Positions 1 through 9,630 of a stretch of DNA of 64,000 nt are shown one piece after another (position 1 is the stretch's first letter; the number at the start of each line of letters is the position of its first letter). The translations under genes were made by a program, and so were the position numbers. Under the pieces are notes generated by a model. That model did no database searches, had not been told where the DNA came from, and worked only from the letters and a program-made list of their open reading frames with translations. The DNA comes from a virus. The stretch is from IMG/VR virus record IMGVR_UViG_3300000956_000002, positions 16,253 through 80,252 of that record. One strand, given 5' to 3'.

Positions 1-2
1 TC

Positions 3-584
3 ACGTACGAAGGGATCGACGACGAAACGGGGCGGTTGACGGTCAAGGCCAGCTTGAAGGAATTGAAACGGATGGGCGGCGGGTCGAGCGAAAAGACGGC
101 GATTCCGTATGACAAATTTGTGGCCAACCGGGATTCGCGCGATCGCATCAACGAACGCGAGAACGCGCAACAGCAGGTGGCATTTATCGATCGGGTGCTG
201 GCCAACCCGATGCTGATGCAGGCGGTGGGGCCAGACCAGGGCATTGCGATGATGAATCGCGTGGCGCGCGGATTGGGATTTGATCGCGACTTCAAGCTGG
301 TGAACAAGATGAACGATGCACAGATGTTGCAGCAGCACACCGAGCAAATCATGCAGGGCGTGCAGCAACGGCTTGAGCAAAACAACCAGCAGATGGCCGA
401 GCAGATTAAGGGCATCGTGGATTTGGTCGGGAAGAAAAACGCCGAGCAGGATGCGCAGATCAAGGCGCTGGCTGGATCGCAGATGCGCGCCATTCGTGGA
501 TTGCCACCTGGAGCCGGCGGGATGAACGAAATGCCTGGGATGGAATCGCCGATGCAGTCGCCGATGGACCAGATGGTCGCCTAA
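3..584 (+). CDS. C-terminal part of a probable portal protein (5' truncated)
   Basis: Frame is open from position 3; Gln/Met-rich helical C-terminus; lies upstream of scaffold-like and capsid-like genes. Confidence 0.5.
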   Translation, partial: TYEGIDDETGRLTVKASLKELKRMGGGSSEKTAIPYDKFVANRDSRDRINERENAQQQVAFIDRVLANPMLMQAVGPDQGIAMMNRVARGLGFDRDFKLVNKMNDAQMLQQHTEQIMQGVQQRLEQNNQQMAEQIKGIVDLVGKKNAEQDAQIKALAGSQMRAIRGLPPGAGGMNEMPGMESPMQSPMDQMVA

Positions 585-608
585 CGATTTTTAAAACACA
601 AAAACCCC

Positions 609-1403
609 ATGAACTATCACGCACAAAACCTATCGGACGGAAAACACTCAATCTTTTGGTGGGGCCGCGCATGGCTCGAACTCCTTTCTAGAAGATTTAG
701 GACAGAATGGATTTTTGGGAGACGGGCTGGTGGGCCGTCTTTTAAAATCGAGTTCGGAGAAGGTGATTCCGATGCAGATTTAACGCTTCACTTTTCCGTC
801 CCGTGGATTTTCTCACTGTGGCTCACGATCGAGAATGTCTGGAGAACGAAGCCGTTTTGGATTGGATTCTACATCTACGAAAAGGTTGCCTACTGCATTT
901 CGATCGCTGCGTTCACGAACGAAAAACGGCACAATGATCCATGGTATCGAAAAACGATCTATCGCGATTTCCCCTGGGCGCTGACGTGGCACTCCACGGA
1001 AATTCTTTGTGAGTCCGCTGAGACAGGGTGGGCAGTCGTATATCGAGAGGATCGCAAAACACGAAAATGCCGAGACACATTTGAAGTCATGCGCGAGAAG
1101 GAGGCGGCTGAAATCAAAGTCAGCAGCAAGTGGCCTTATCGATACGTTTTGAAAAACGGGACAGTGCAAGATGTTGTCGCCACGATGCACGTCAACCGCA
1201 TGGAGTGGCGTGCCCGTTGGTGGCCCATAATACCCATTAAAAAATCCCGCACGAGCATCAGCGTGGATTTCTCTGATGAAGTCGGAGAAGGAACCGGTTC
1301 ATGGAAAGGCGGGACCATTGGATGTGGATACGACATGTTGCCCGGCGAAAAGGCTATCGAATGTCTCCGCCGAATGGAGCGCGAACGGAAATTTGATCGA
1401 TAA
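609..1403 (+). CDS. Hypothetical phage protein (Trp-rich)
   Basis: 264-aa ORF, AAAACCCC-ATG start context. Confidence 0.6.
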   Translation: MNYHAQNLSDGKHSIFWWGRAWLELLSRRFRTEWIFGRRAGGPSFKIEFGEGDSDADLTLHFSVPWIFSLWLTIENVWRTKPFWIGFYIYEKVAYCISIAAFTNEKRHNDPWYRKTIYRDFPWALTWHSTEILCESAETGWAVVYREDRKTRKCRDTFEVMREKEAAEIKVSSKWPYRYVLKNGTVQDVVATMHVNRMEWRARWWPIIPIKKSRTSISVDFSDEVGEGTGSWKGGTIGCGYDMLPGEKAIECLRRMERERKFDR

Positions 1404-1429
1404 TCTCACAACTTCAACAAAACCCCATT

Positions 1430-3052
1430 ATGCCTAAAACCAGCAAACCAGCCGGCGGAACTCCCGCTGAAACGCCAAGTTCAACCGCAACTCCACCTGC
1501 CGCGGAAACTCCGCCAGCGACCGAGACTCCGGCGGCCGAGCCAAAGCCGACGCCGACGCCGGAAGAACTCCAGAAGGCGGCGGATGAAATGGTCAATCTT
1601 CTGAGTCGCCCGGTGAATTCCTTCGTGAACGCGAGGATCAAGGAGGAACAGGCCAAGGCGGAGAAGATTTCAACCGCGGATGCGGATGAGAATCCGGAAA
1701 AGGATTTGAAGCAAGACGATGCTCCGGAAGGAGGTGAGAAACAGGAAGGAGCGGAAACACCGACGGAAGAAAAGCCTGCCGAACCGGCGCCTGAACCTGA
1801 ATCTCCGCCGAGCGGAGAGCGATTTGTGCCTGGCGCGATGACGCCGGAGGAGATCAAGGCCACCGCGCGCGAGGCCGTGCGTGAAGAGATTGAAGCGCGC
1901 GAGCCGGAGCCCGCGGAGCCGCCGGCAGTTCCACGTGGAACGCCTGAAGATGAAGGTTTATCGGAGGCTGCCCAGGATCAATTGGTGGTCCTGAGGGAAA
2001 TGGCCGCACTGAATCCGGCGCATAAGGATTTGCCGGAACGCCAGAAGAAATTTTGGAAGCAGGAGGAGAAGTATCGCGCGCAATGGGAACAGGCAAATCC
2101 CGGCGCGGCGTTCGATCCGAACTCTGGCGATCACGCGTCGTTCTACAAAAACGAACCGTTTGTCCCCATGCGCGATTTCAAGGCCGCAGAACGTTCGATC
2201 ATTGCGCGCGAGGCTGAGGAGCGGGCGGTAAATCGTCTCCGGAAGGAGCAGGAGCCACGTTTGCGCGAGATCGAATTGAAGGAGCGCGAGCGCGAGGCGG
2301 CGCCGGAGATTGCGAATTCGGTGGCGGATACGGCCGAGGAGGTTTTTGCGTCCGTCCCGCAGTTCAAGGACCTGTTCAAACCAAAGGCGTTATCCAAGGC
2401 GGATATGGAAAAAGCCGAGCAGATCAATCCGATCCTGGCCGACGACGCACAGGCCGAGATGGAACGGGCGGTTGTGCTGGTTGGGGAACTTGAAAAACTG
2501 ACGCGACTGCCTGGGCATTACCAAATCGATTACTCGAAGAAGCACAAGGCCAAGAACGGCCAGGTCATCGCGCCGCATGTCGAACTGGAACACGAAGCCG
2601 GCGAGGCTGAGGTGGAATTGCTCAAGAAAAGCGAGCGCAACGGCAAGAAGTTGATCTCCGTAGCCGAGCGCGATGCTCGAGTACAGCAGATCAACCGGAT
2701 GCCGGCGGCGAGGATGAAACAGGCGGCGGAAGAGTTGTTTGCGCGCTACGATTGGCTGCAACCAAGCGACACACGAGCGCACATTATCGCGAAATCCAAG
2801 GCCAGATTGAGTCAAAAGGCCGAGCGCTTCGCAAAAATCACGCCGACAGCGGCTCAAAACTCAGCGCCCGACAACAAACCAGCGCCATCAACGCCGAAAC
2901 CTGCGGCAACTCCAGCAAAACCAAGCGGAAAAGCCGGTTTGCCGAGGGGCACTTCAGGTGTTTCATCGTCCGACGTAGCGGACAATGCGCCGAAAACCAA
3001 GAGCGAAGTCGAAAAAACAGCAGATTTTCTGGTGAATCGCTACCGCCCGTAA
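1430..3052 (+). CDS. Probable capsid scaffolding protein
   Basis: 540 aa with Pro/Glu-rich disordered ends and charged coiled-coil core, directly before the capsid-like gene. Confidence 0.55.
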   Translation: MPKTSKPAGGTPAETPSSTATPPAAETPPATETPAAEPKPTPTPEELQKAADEMVNLLSRPVNSFVNARIKEEQAKAEKISTADADENPEKDLKQDDAPEGGEKQEGAETPTEEKPAEPAPEPESPPSGERFVPGAMTPEEIKATAREAVREEIEAREPEPAEPPAVPRGTPEDEGLSEAAQDQLVVLREMAALNPAHKDLPERQKKFWKQEEKYRAQWEQANPGAAFDPNSGDHASFYKNEPFVPMRDFKAAERSIIAREAEERAVNRLRKEQEPRLREIELKEREREAAPEIANSVADTAEEVFASVPQFKDLFKPKALSKADMEKAEQINPILADDAQAEMERAVVLVGELEKLTRLPGHYQIDYSKKHKAKNGQVIAPHVELEHEAGEAEVELLKKSERNGKKLISVAERDARVQQINRMPAARMKQAAEELFARYDWLQPSDTRAHIIAKSKARLSQKAERFAKITPTAAQNSAPDNKPAPSTPKPAATPAKPSGKAGLPRGTSGVSSSDVADNAPKTKSEVEKTADFLVNRYRP

Positions 3053-3119
3053 CAGGTTTAGGTCGAATAGTTTCCGTATTCCGTGAGTTACGGATGAAAC
3101 ATTTGACCTTAAACTTGTT

Positions 3120-4859
3120 ATGGATACACCGGTAATTTCCGATCGCTTCACCGAGCAATGCGCGGTGGTTTACGCGAACAACAACGACACCTGCGGCGGG
3201 GCAACGCGGGAAAACATTGCGTATTTCACGCCCGACCTGATGCAGACGATGTTTGCGCCGGGTGGTTTGTGGGCGGAGATGGATGCGTGGTTCGAGACGG
3301 CCTTCGAAATGAAGGCGTGCGGCACGCGCACCTACTCGATGTATGACTGGATCATGGCCAACACGCGCCAAGGCGGCGCGCAACTCCTGCAAAAGATCAA
3401 GCAGGGCCCAGGCAAATCACTTTTGCAGCCGTTCATCCTCGCGCGCCAAAGCTCGATCATCAATGACGACTACTGGAACGTCTCGAACGGCTGGCAGCAG
3501 AACGCGTATTCCGCAGGATCGACCGGGCCGTTGACCTCCGACGATTTGGCGGAAGGCGAATCGACTGATCGCGTCGTCCGCGTGACATCTTCGAACGGCA
3601 TTGAACTGGTGAGTAACTGGTTCAATCCCGGCATGCAGCAGTTCATCGTGACGAACGAAAGCGACACGGTGGGCATCGGCATGTGGCAGGTTTTGGCCAG
3701 CGCTGCGGCGACCAACGGCAGTTACGTCGATGTGTTGCTCCGCGACATGAACGGCGGCGCCACCCAATCCAACTACGATTCTTCGCCGACCTCCGGTTTG
3801 CTGGTGCGTTCGACGAATAACGTCAATGACTTCGAAAAATGGTGCCACAACGAGCCGAATTACGACGGCCGCAAGCTGGTGCCGATGTGGATCAAGACGT
3901 TCCGCCGTTCACGCTGCGTCGATTCCGAATACCTGAAGTTTTACGCGCGGCTCATGTCCGGCGCGAACAAGGCGTTCAAGGAATTCGGCGACCTTCCGCT
4001 GGCCGAGCGCAATGCCCAGGACGAACTGCATCACAAGAAAGCGTTCGTGAACAACTTCTTCTTCAGCGTGCCGTCGGATGCGAACCAGAACATCAACGAC
4101 TGGCAGGAATTGGAAGAAATCCGGACGCCCAGCGGTTACTCGGTTGACCCCGGCACGGGCGGCAAGTTGATTGCGTTGCGAGCCGAAAACATCGGTGTGC
4201 TCGAACAACTCCGGCGCTGCAATCGCGTGCGCGATTTGCAGAACCAACCGCTGAACTTCTACGAGTTCCTGAACGAGAACTATCGCATCATGCGCAGTCG
4301 CGGGAACAACCCTAAGAAGGGCGGGGCGATGGAAATCGACTGGTACACCGATAGCACGACCGCGGCGAACATTCATCGTGGCGTCATCGCGTATTGGAAG
4401 AAGGAGACGCAGGAAACCCTGGCGCTGAACCACGAGATGACCAAGACGAACACGTTCGGGATGAAATATCGCTCCTACAGCGACTTCGTTTTCCCGACGG
4501 GCTTGACCATCAACATCATCGTGAACGACGCGTTCGACGATTGGGTTAATGCCGGCGGTCCCCGCATTTTGACGGCGTTGGATCTCGGCGCCAACGGGAC
4601 GGTTTACTGGCTGCAAGTGGCGTCCAACCGCAAGCAGTACACGACCGGAGAAGTCGATAACCTGGCGAAGATCGATCGCGAATGGGCGTGTGTGATGGAA
4701 AGCGTCAGCGAAGAGCGGACGTTGCATTCCGACACTGGCGCTGTGGTTGTCGAATGCCCGCAGGATCAACTTTGGATTTGGGGCATCGCAAACGAAACGC
4801 CGGATGTGACCGGTGTGAACACCGAGAACGAAACGCCGTACTACCACGACTTGATCTAA
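3120..4859 (+). CDS. Probable major capsid protein
   Basis: 579 aa after the scaffold-like gene, strongly biased codon usage, followed by a hairpin; no family motif recognised. Confidence 0.6.
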   Translation: MDTPVISDRFTEQCAVVYANNNDTCGGATRENIAYFTPDLMQTMFAPGGLWAEMDAWFETAFEMKACGTRTYSMYDWIMANTRQGGAQLLQKIKQGPGKSLLQPFILARQSSIINDDYWNVSNGWQQNAYSAGSTGPLTSDDLAEGESTDRVVRVTSSNGIELVSNWFNPGMQQFIVTNESDTVGIGMWQVLASAAATNGSYVDVLLRDMNGGATQSNYDSSPTSGLLVRSTNNVNDFEKWCHNEPNYDGRKLVPMWIKTFRRSRCVDSEYLKFYARLMSGANKAFKEFGDLPLAERNAQDELHHKKAFVNNFFFSVPSDANQNINDWQELEEIRTPSGYSVDPGTGGKLIALRAENIGVLEQLRRCNRVRDLQNQPLNFYEFLNENYRIMRSRGNNPKKGGAMEIDWYTDSTTAANIHRGVIAYWKKETQETLALNHEMTKTNTFGMKYRSYSDFVFPTGLTINIIVNDAFDDWVNAGGPRILTALDLGANGTVYWLQVASNRKQYTTGEVDNLAKIDREWACVMESVSEERTLHSDTGAVVVECPQDQLWIWGIANETPDVTGVNTENETPYYHDLI

Positions 4860-4920
4860 GTCGGAACGAATCTTTACCGGGACTGCTTCTCACAGGCGGC
4901 AGTCCTCGGTTTAAGAAAAT

Positions 4921-4963
4921 GATCCGGCTTGGGTTCATTGGGGTTCCTGAGCCGGATTCTCTT
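4921..4963 (+). terminator. Possible terminator hairpin after the capsid gene
   Basis: CCGGCTTGGG...CCTGAGCCGG inverted repeat with a weak T-tract. Confidence 0.35.
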
Positions 4964-4985
4964 AAAAACCCCAGCGCATAACCCC

Positions 4986-5450
4986 ATGAGATATTTCAAA
5001 AAAATCCTTCCGAAAAACCCGGTGGAAGTGAACGGGAAGATGTTCACGTTTCCGGCGACGGCGGCAGGAGTCGGTTTGCTGGCGGTGAATCCCGCGACAC
5101 GTCCGGATTTGATTCGCGGCTTTGAGATGTTGATCGCCAAGCAGCGTGGCGGGATTTCCGAGATCACGCAGGCTGAATACGAAGGCGAAAAAAAAAAGAC
5201 ACCGAGCCCGAAACCAAAGTCGGGGCAGGACTCGCTCACAGCCAGCCAGTTCAACCAAATCCGCCTCGCCGCCGACCGCGTAAATGCGGCGCGTGCGGAC
5301 ACTGAGCGGGAGCGGGCAAAGCGGCAATTGACGCCGACGATCAACCGAAGCTTCAAGCGGCCGGGGATGAAATTCGCAGGGGCGACGGCCAATCCTGAAC
5401 CGGGCCAGACGCAGCCGGGGCAATGGCGACCGGGGATTTCCGATCGGTAA
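4986..5450 (+). CDS. Hypothetical virion-module protein
   Basis: Start re-assigned to MRYFKK (ACCCC-ATG), in frame with the 4929 ORF. Confidence 0.6.
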   Translation: MRYFKKILPKNPVEVNGKMFTFPATAAGVGLLAVNPATRPDLIRGFEMLIAKQRGGISEITQAEYEGEKKKTPSPKPKSGQDSLTASQFNQIRLAADRVNAARADTERERAKRQLTPTINRSFKRPGMKFAGATANPEPGQTQPGQWRPGISDR

Positions 5451-5456
5451 TCGCGA

Positions 5457-7019
5457 ATGCAAACCTACCAACAATTCACGACGAAGCTGCGGGGCAGAAT
5501 CTGGCCTGGGCGTGAGCCTGCGAATTTGGTGGCGCCGCATGACGCGATGTTTCAGACGGCGATGCTCGAACTCCAGAAGTGGGTGCCGTGCCTGAAGGAA
5601 TACAACATTTCAACTTACGAAAGCGCGGACCGTGAATGGGATGGGGCCAAGACGCGCGTGCAGATGCCGAATGGGCAGATTCGTCGGGTTTACACCGTGG
5701 CCGGCGGAACTGATCGCTGGCGGGATCGCGTTTTTTATCGGTCGTCGAATGTCCGGGAGATGGAGTGCTGGGCGCGCAATTTGATGGACGCCGAGACGCC
5801 GCCATTGCCGGATTTGGGTTACGGCGTGCGGGCGGAGAGCGAATCCAGCGATTGGGAACATGGCCGGGCGCGTCAGGGGATTTGGGCGCATTACCGCGGG
5901 AAGCTTTACATGGCGCCGTGGTTGCAGACCTACGAATTGCTGGTCGTTGAATGGGACGGCGAGAAGCAAGAATGGCAGGCCGGCGATGGGGTTGATCCGC
6001 GCATTTGGCGACACGATGCCGAGATGGCGGTGGAACTTTACGTCAAATGGCGGCACGAACAGAGTTACGGCGACATTGGTATTTCTCGGGAAATCAAAGC
6101 GACGTTCGACCGTGTGCTGGCAGATTTGATGCACTGGTGCCGGGAGAATACGCGCCAGCGGCAGGATGAAATTTGCGCGTCGGAAGGTGGGACGATCGAT
6201 CCGCGTCCGGCGGGCACAGATGATTTGTCGGAGGACGATGAGGATCCGACAGAGAATACGACGGATGAGGATGAAGTGCTGTTCAACGCGGTCGGCGATT
6301 TAGGCGACGACACAGAAGCGGCGGCGGCGGTGGCTGAAGCCGTCATTGCCGATAATCCCGAAGTTTTCATTGCGCTCGGGGACCTGACTTACAACGACGA
6401 TTTCGAGGCAGACTTCGGCGTCAAATACAGCGCGCTCATGACCGGTAATAAACTGATTCCAGTGCCGGGAAATCACGACGTTATCGATGGGAGCCTCAAT
6501 ACGTTCTCAGAATACTTTGCGGATTTCGTGGGGAACAATGGCCGGAATTACGAAGCGACGATCGGGCCTTGCCACATCCTTGTTTACAACACGGAGGACA
6601 CGGACGGCATCGATCCTGATTCAGCCCAGGCGGAATGGTTGCGGGCGAAACTGCTGCTTTCGACAGCGCGCTGGAAAATTGTGGTGATGCACAAGGCGCC
6701 GTATTCGTCGGACTCGACGCACGGTTCGAACGCTGATTTGCAATTCCCGTGGGAGGATTGGGGGGCAGTGCCAGATGTCATCATAGCGGCTCACGCGCAC
6801 GATTACGAACGGTTGGAGGTTGGTGGCGTTCCGTATTTCGTCGTCGGGACCGGCGGACATTCGCTTCGAGATTTCGGATCGGCGGTAGATGGCAGTCAGT
6901 TCCGGGACAACACGCACTACGGTCGGCTCATTGGGGAAGTGAATTGCGATCGCATGATTTTGAGTTTCAAGAGCGTGGACAATGAAGTCCTAGACTCACT
7001 GACGATCACGAAGGAATGA
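5457..7019 (+). CDS. Fusion of a possible head-tail adaptor-like domain and a purple-acid-phosphatase-type metallophosphoesterase
   Basis: C-terminal motifs GDLG, GDLTY, GNHD, VVMH, AHAH; acidic linker; adaptor call is positional. Confidence 0.75.
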   Translation: MQTYQQFTTKLRGRIWPGREPANLVAPHDAMFQTAMLELQKWVPCLKEYNISTYESADREWDGAKTRVQMPNGQIRRVYTVAGGTDRWRDRVFYRSSNVREMECWARNLMDAETPPLPDLGYGVRAESESSDWEHGRARQGIWAHYRGKLYMAPWLQTYELLVVEWDGEKQEWQAGDGVDPRIWRHDAEMAVELYVKWRHEQSYGDIGISREIKATFDRVLADLMHWCRENTRQRQDEICASEGGTIDPRPAGTDDLSEDDEDPTENTTDEDEVLFNAVGDLGDDTEAAAAVAEAVIADNPEVFIALGDLTYNDDFEADFGVKYSALMTGNKLIPVPGNHDVIDGSLNTFSEYFADFVGNNGRNYEATIGPCHILVYNTEDTDGIDPDSAQAEWLRAKLLLSTARWKIVVMHKAPYSSDSTHGSNADLQFPWEDWGAVPDVIIAAHAHDYERLEVGGVPYFVVGTGGHSLRDFGSAVDGSQFRDNTHYGRLIGEVNCDRMILSFKSVDNEVLDSLTITKE

Positions 7020-7510
7020 GATTTTTAACAATTTTAAGGAACCTATTTATGAAAACAGAAGTGAGAGGTCCAGGGCTTGATAAAAACGCAACGAACTCGC
7101 GAATTTATTTGAAGCGGGAGGCGCAAGAAATCGCGAGCGCCACACAAGTGGATGTCCTCGGCGCAGCGCTGGAGGCTGGTGGCGATTATCTCATTGAGGC
7201 GTTGATCACGTTCACAGTGGAAACCAACGGGGCCGCGTTTTCGCTGGATGTGTCGGCGGACGACATCTCGGTGGATATGTGGGCCGTGGACGCAAATGGG
7301 TTGACCAGTCGCCTGGTCGCAAATTCTTTAGCCGAGGAGATCGCGGTCGGAGGCGATTTGGCTGCGGAAGGGTGTTTGCATTTAAACGGGGTCGTTTTAG
7401 GCGCGGCGGGTGGGAATTTCAAAATCAAGTCAGGACAGCACACATCGGCTCCAGAGGCGCCGTTGGCGATCGGGGCTGGAAGTTACCTGCGCGTCACGAA
7501 ACTCAATTAA
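7016..7510 (+). CDS. Hypothetical beta-rich structural protein
   Basis: 164 aa, ATGA overlap with upstream stop. Confidence 0.55.
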   Translation: MRFLTILRNLFMKTEVRGPGLDKNATNSRIYLKREAQEIASATQVDVLGAALEAGGDYLIEALITFTVETNGAAFSLDVSADDISVDMWAVDANGLTSRLVANSLAEEIAVGGDLAAEGCLHLNGVVLGAAGGNFKIKSGQHTSAPEAPLAIGAGSYLRVTKLN

Positions 7511-7524
7511 GGAAAGGAAACACC

Positions 7525-7770
7525 ATGGCACTACTTGCTCCATACGTTCCGACTGAAATCGTGCATCCGGATGCTGATGGCGCTTTGCCGCCAAGTAGCA
7601 GCGACGGAGCCGCTGGACTTATCGGGAATGGTCCGCCGGATGGGAACACTGCCAGCGATGGAACGACTGCGGAAGATGCGGTCGAAGGGACGACGTGGCT
7701 GGATGATGACACGGACGTTCTTTACGTGAAAAAGGCGGACGGGACCTGGACGACGGGAACGAGCGTTTAA
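7525..7770 (+). CDS. Small acidic protein with tailspike docking-type motif
   Basis: GGAAAGGA RBS; GNGPPDG...GTTWLDDDTDVLYVK resembles the tailspike N-terminal motif. Confidence 0.6.
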   Translation: MALLAPYVPTEIVHPDADGALPPSSSDGAAGLIGNGPPDGNTASDGTTAEDAVEGTTWLDDDTDVLYVKKADGTWTTGTSV

Positions 7771-7774
7771 ATTT

Positions 7775-8764
7775 ATGAGACTGATTCAAAAACTTATTTT
7801 GTGCCTGGCTATTGCTGTTCCTGTGCTCGGGGACGGGCCAAAGATTGCAGGCCGAGAATTTACTGAGTGGTTGAACGACTTTTTGGACACAAGTTCGTTG
7901 CTCCCTAAAAACGAAGGAATCGCAACCAGCTTGACAGTGGTCGGGTCAATTACCAATTTCGCGAAAGCTGAGATTACAACCACTACTCTATCGGGTTCGT
8001 CGATCACGCTCGATTGGACTGCTGGCGGAGAATACCGGCACACAATGGCCGCGGACACAACGTTGTCGTTCGCAAACTCCACCGGAACAAACCGAACAAT
8101 CGTTTTAAACGCCTACCCTGACGGCACACATAGCTACACTTGGCCTTCAGGGGTGATTCCACTGACGCTTACAAATCAACCTTTGTCGCAAGGTTTAACC
8201 AAAATCTATTTCGACAGGATAGATGGGACAAATTATTTGAGCGTCTCCCCGGAGCCACGCAAGGACAGGATGCTATTCACTGGACTTCAATTCAGTGACG
8301 GGATCGGTGCGGTCCCAAACACAAACGATTACACAGCCGTCACATTCATGCACTACAAGTTCAGTGGCACTGCGGCGACGAATGCGAATTACGGCGTTTA
8401 TCCAATTGTTCCGGTCCCAGACAATTTGAACACCAACGTCGCTCTGCGCGCGCGCTTGACGGTTCGGTTGAGCGGAACTGACACTGACCCATCTACTTGG
8501 AACTTAGGCGTTCAAAACGTATCAAATTCAGCGAGCGGGTCATTTGGAGGCGCCGGAAATTGGGTGTCAATCACCATGTCTGGAGATGCTTCTGGAGCCG
8601 CGAACGATCTTGAACGAAGTAGCTGGGTGACCCTTACCGGATGGGCGGGCGCGTTGACTGCTGGGCAATCGATGTTCGTTGTCCTTAACCGGAATGGGGC
8701 AAGCGACACTTCGAATGTTGGCGTCTGGGATGTAAACCTCGAACTGGAGTACGGCATCCAATGA
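7775..8764 (+). CDS. Signal-peptide-bearing tail-fibre-like protein
   Basis: MRLIQKLILCLAIAVPVLG signal; fibre-type segment ITLDWTAGGEYRHTMAADTTLSFAN. Confidence 0.6.
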   Translation: MRLIQKLILCLAIAVPVLGDGPKIAGREFTEWLNDFLDTSSLLPKNEGIATSLTVVGSITNFAKAEITTTTLSGSSITLDWTAGGEYRHTMAADTTLSFANSTGTNRTIVLNAYPDGTHSYTWPSGVIPLTLTNQPLSQGLTKIYFDRIDGTNYLSVSPEPRKDRMLFTGLQFSDGIGAVPNTNDYTAVTFMHYKFSGTAATNANYGVYPIVPVPDNLNTNVALRARLTVRLSGTDTDPSTWNLGVQNVSNSASGSFGGAGNWVSITMSGDASGAANDLERSSWVTLTGWAGALTAGQSMFVVLNRNGASDTSNVGVWDVNLELEYGIQ

Positions 8765-9630
8765 AAAAGCTTTTCCTTATATTTTTGCTGGTTTTGATAC
8801 CGACAGTGATACACGGCTCCACCCGCGTGATTCCGTGGCCCAATCTGCCTATAGGGTCGCCTTTGTTGCTCGATAAGGTCGATTCCGCTAACCTCTACTC
8901 TGCTTACTCAGTTTCGAGAAAACTTCGGAACGGTTATTCTGGGGCAGCATTTCAGGTTCGACGTGCTAGCGACAACACGACGACTAACATTGGTTTCATT
9001 GGAACTGCTGTCGATACGGCAGGGCTTCTCGCATTCTGTTCCGGAACGGACGGGTTTTTGCCCATCGTTTACAATCAAGGACCAGCTTCAAGTCGTGACA
9101 TCGCATCCGCCTCCGGAAACCAACCAAAGATCGTAACCGCTGGCGTTCTTGAAACTGGCAACAACTCGCGGCCTTGCATGGTCTTTGATGGGTCGGATGA
9201 TTTTTTGAACCTCACAGCGACGATCGCTCTTCCAGTCAGCTTTTATATCGTGGTGGCAAACACATCGACTGTGAACATTGACACGATTATTTACGGAGGT
9301 TCAACGACACGCGCCAGCCTGAAACAGCGCACCGGGCCGCTGTTCGGATTGAATTCTGGAACAGATCAAACCTACTCATCGTACGTAAACGGGAATTGGT
9401 ATCTTGTCCGGGCGACATTCCAGTCCGGAAACGAAGCGTTTCGGCTTAACGCAAACTCCGAGGACGCAACCAAGGATGCAGGATCGAACTCCGTAACTTC
9501 GCTGGGATTTGGGGCAGCGACCGCCACTGGCCAGTTTAAGAGCAGCGAATTGATTTACTTTAACCAAGGAACCCACGCCGATGAAGCTACTATTTTGGCA
9601 GATATTAACGCTCACTACGCTCTCTATTAA
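8761..9630 (+). CDS. Signal-peptide-bearing LamG/concanavalin-like protein
   Basis: MKKLFLIFLLVLIPTVIHG signal; AYSVSRKLRNGYSGAAFQVRRASDN and MVFDGSDDFL segments typical of this fold in phage tail proteins. Confidence 0.6.
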   Translation: MKKLFLIFLLVLIPTVIHGSTRVIPWPNLPIGSPLLLDKVDSANLYSAYSVSRKLRNGYSGAAFQVRRASDNTTTNIGFIGTAVDTAGLLAFCSGTDGFLPIVYNQGPASSRDIASASGNQPKIVTAGVLETGNNSRPCMVFDGSDDFLNLTATIALPVSFYIVVANTSTVNIDTIIYGGSTTRASLKQRTGPLFGLNSGTDQTYSSYVNGNWYLVRATFQSGNEAFRLNANSEDATKDAGSNSVTSLGFGAATATGQFKSSELIYFNQGTHADEATILADINAHYALY

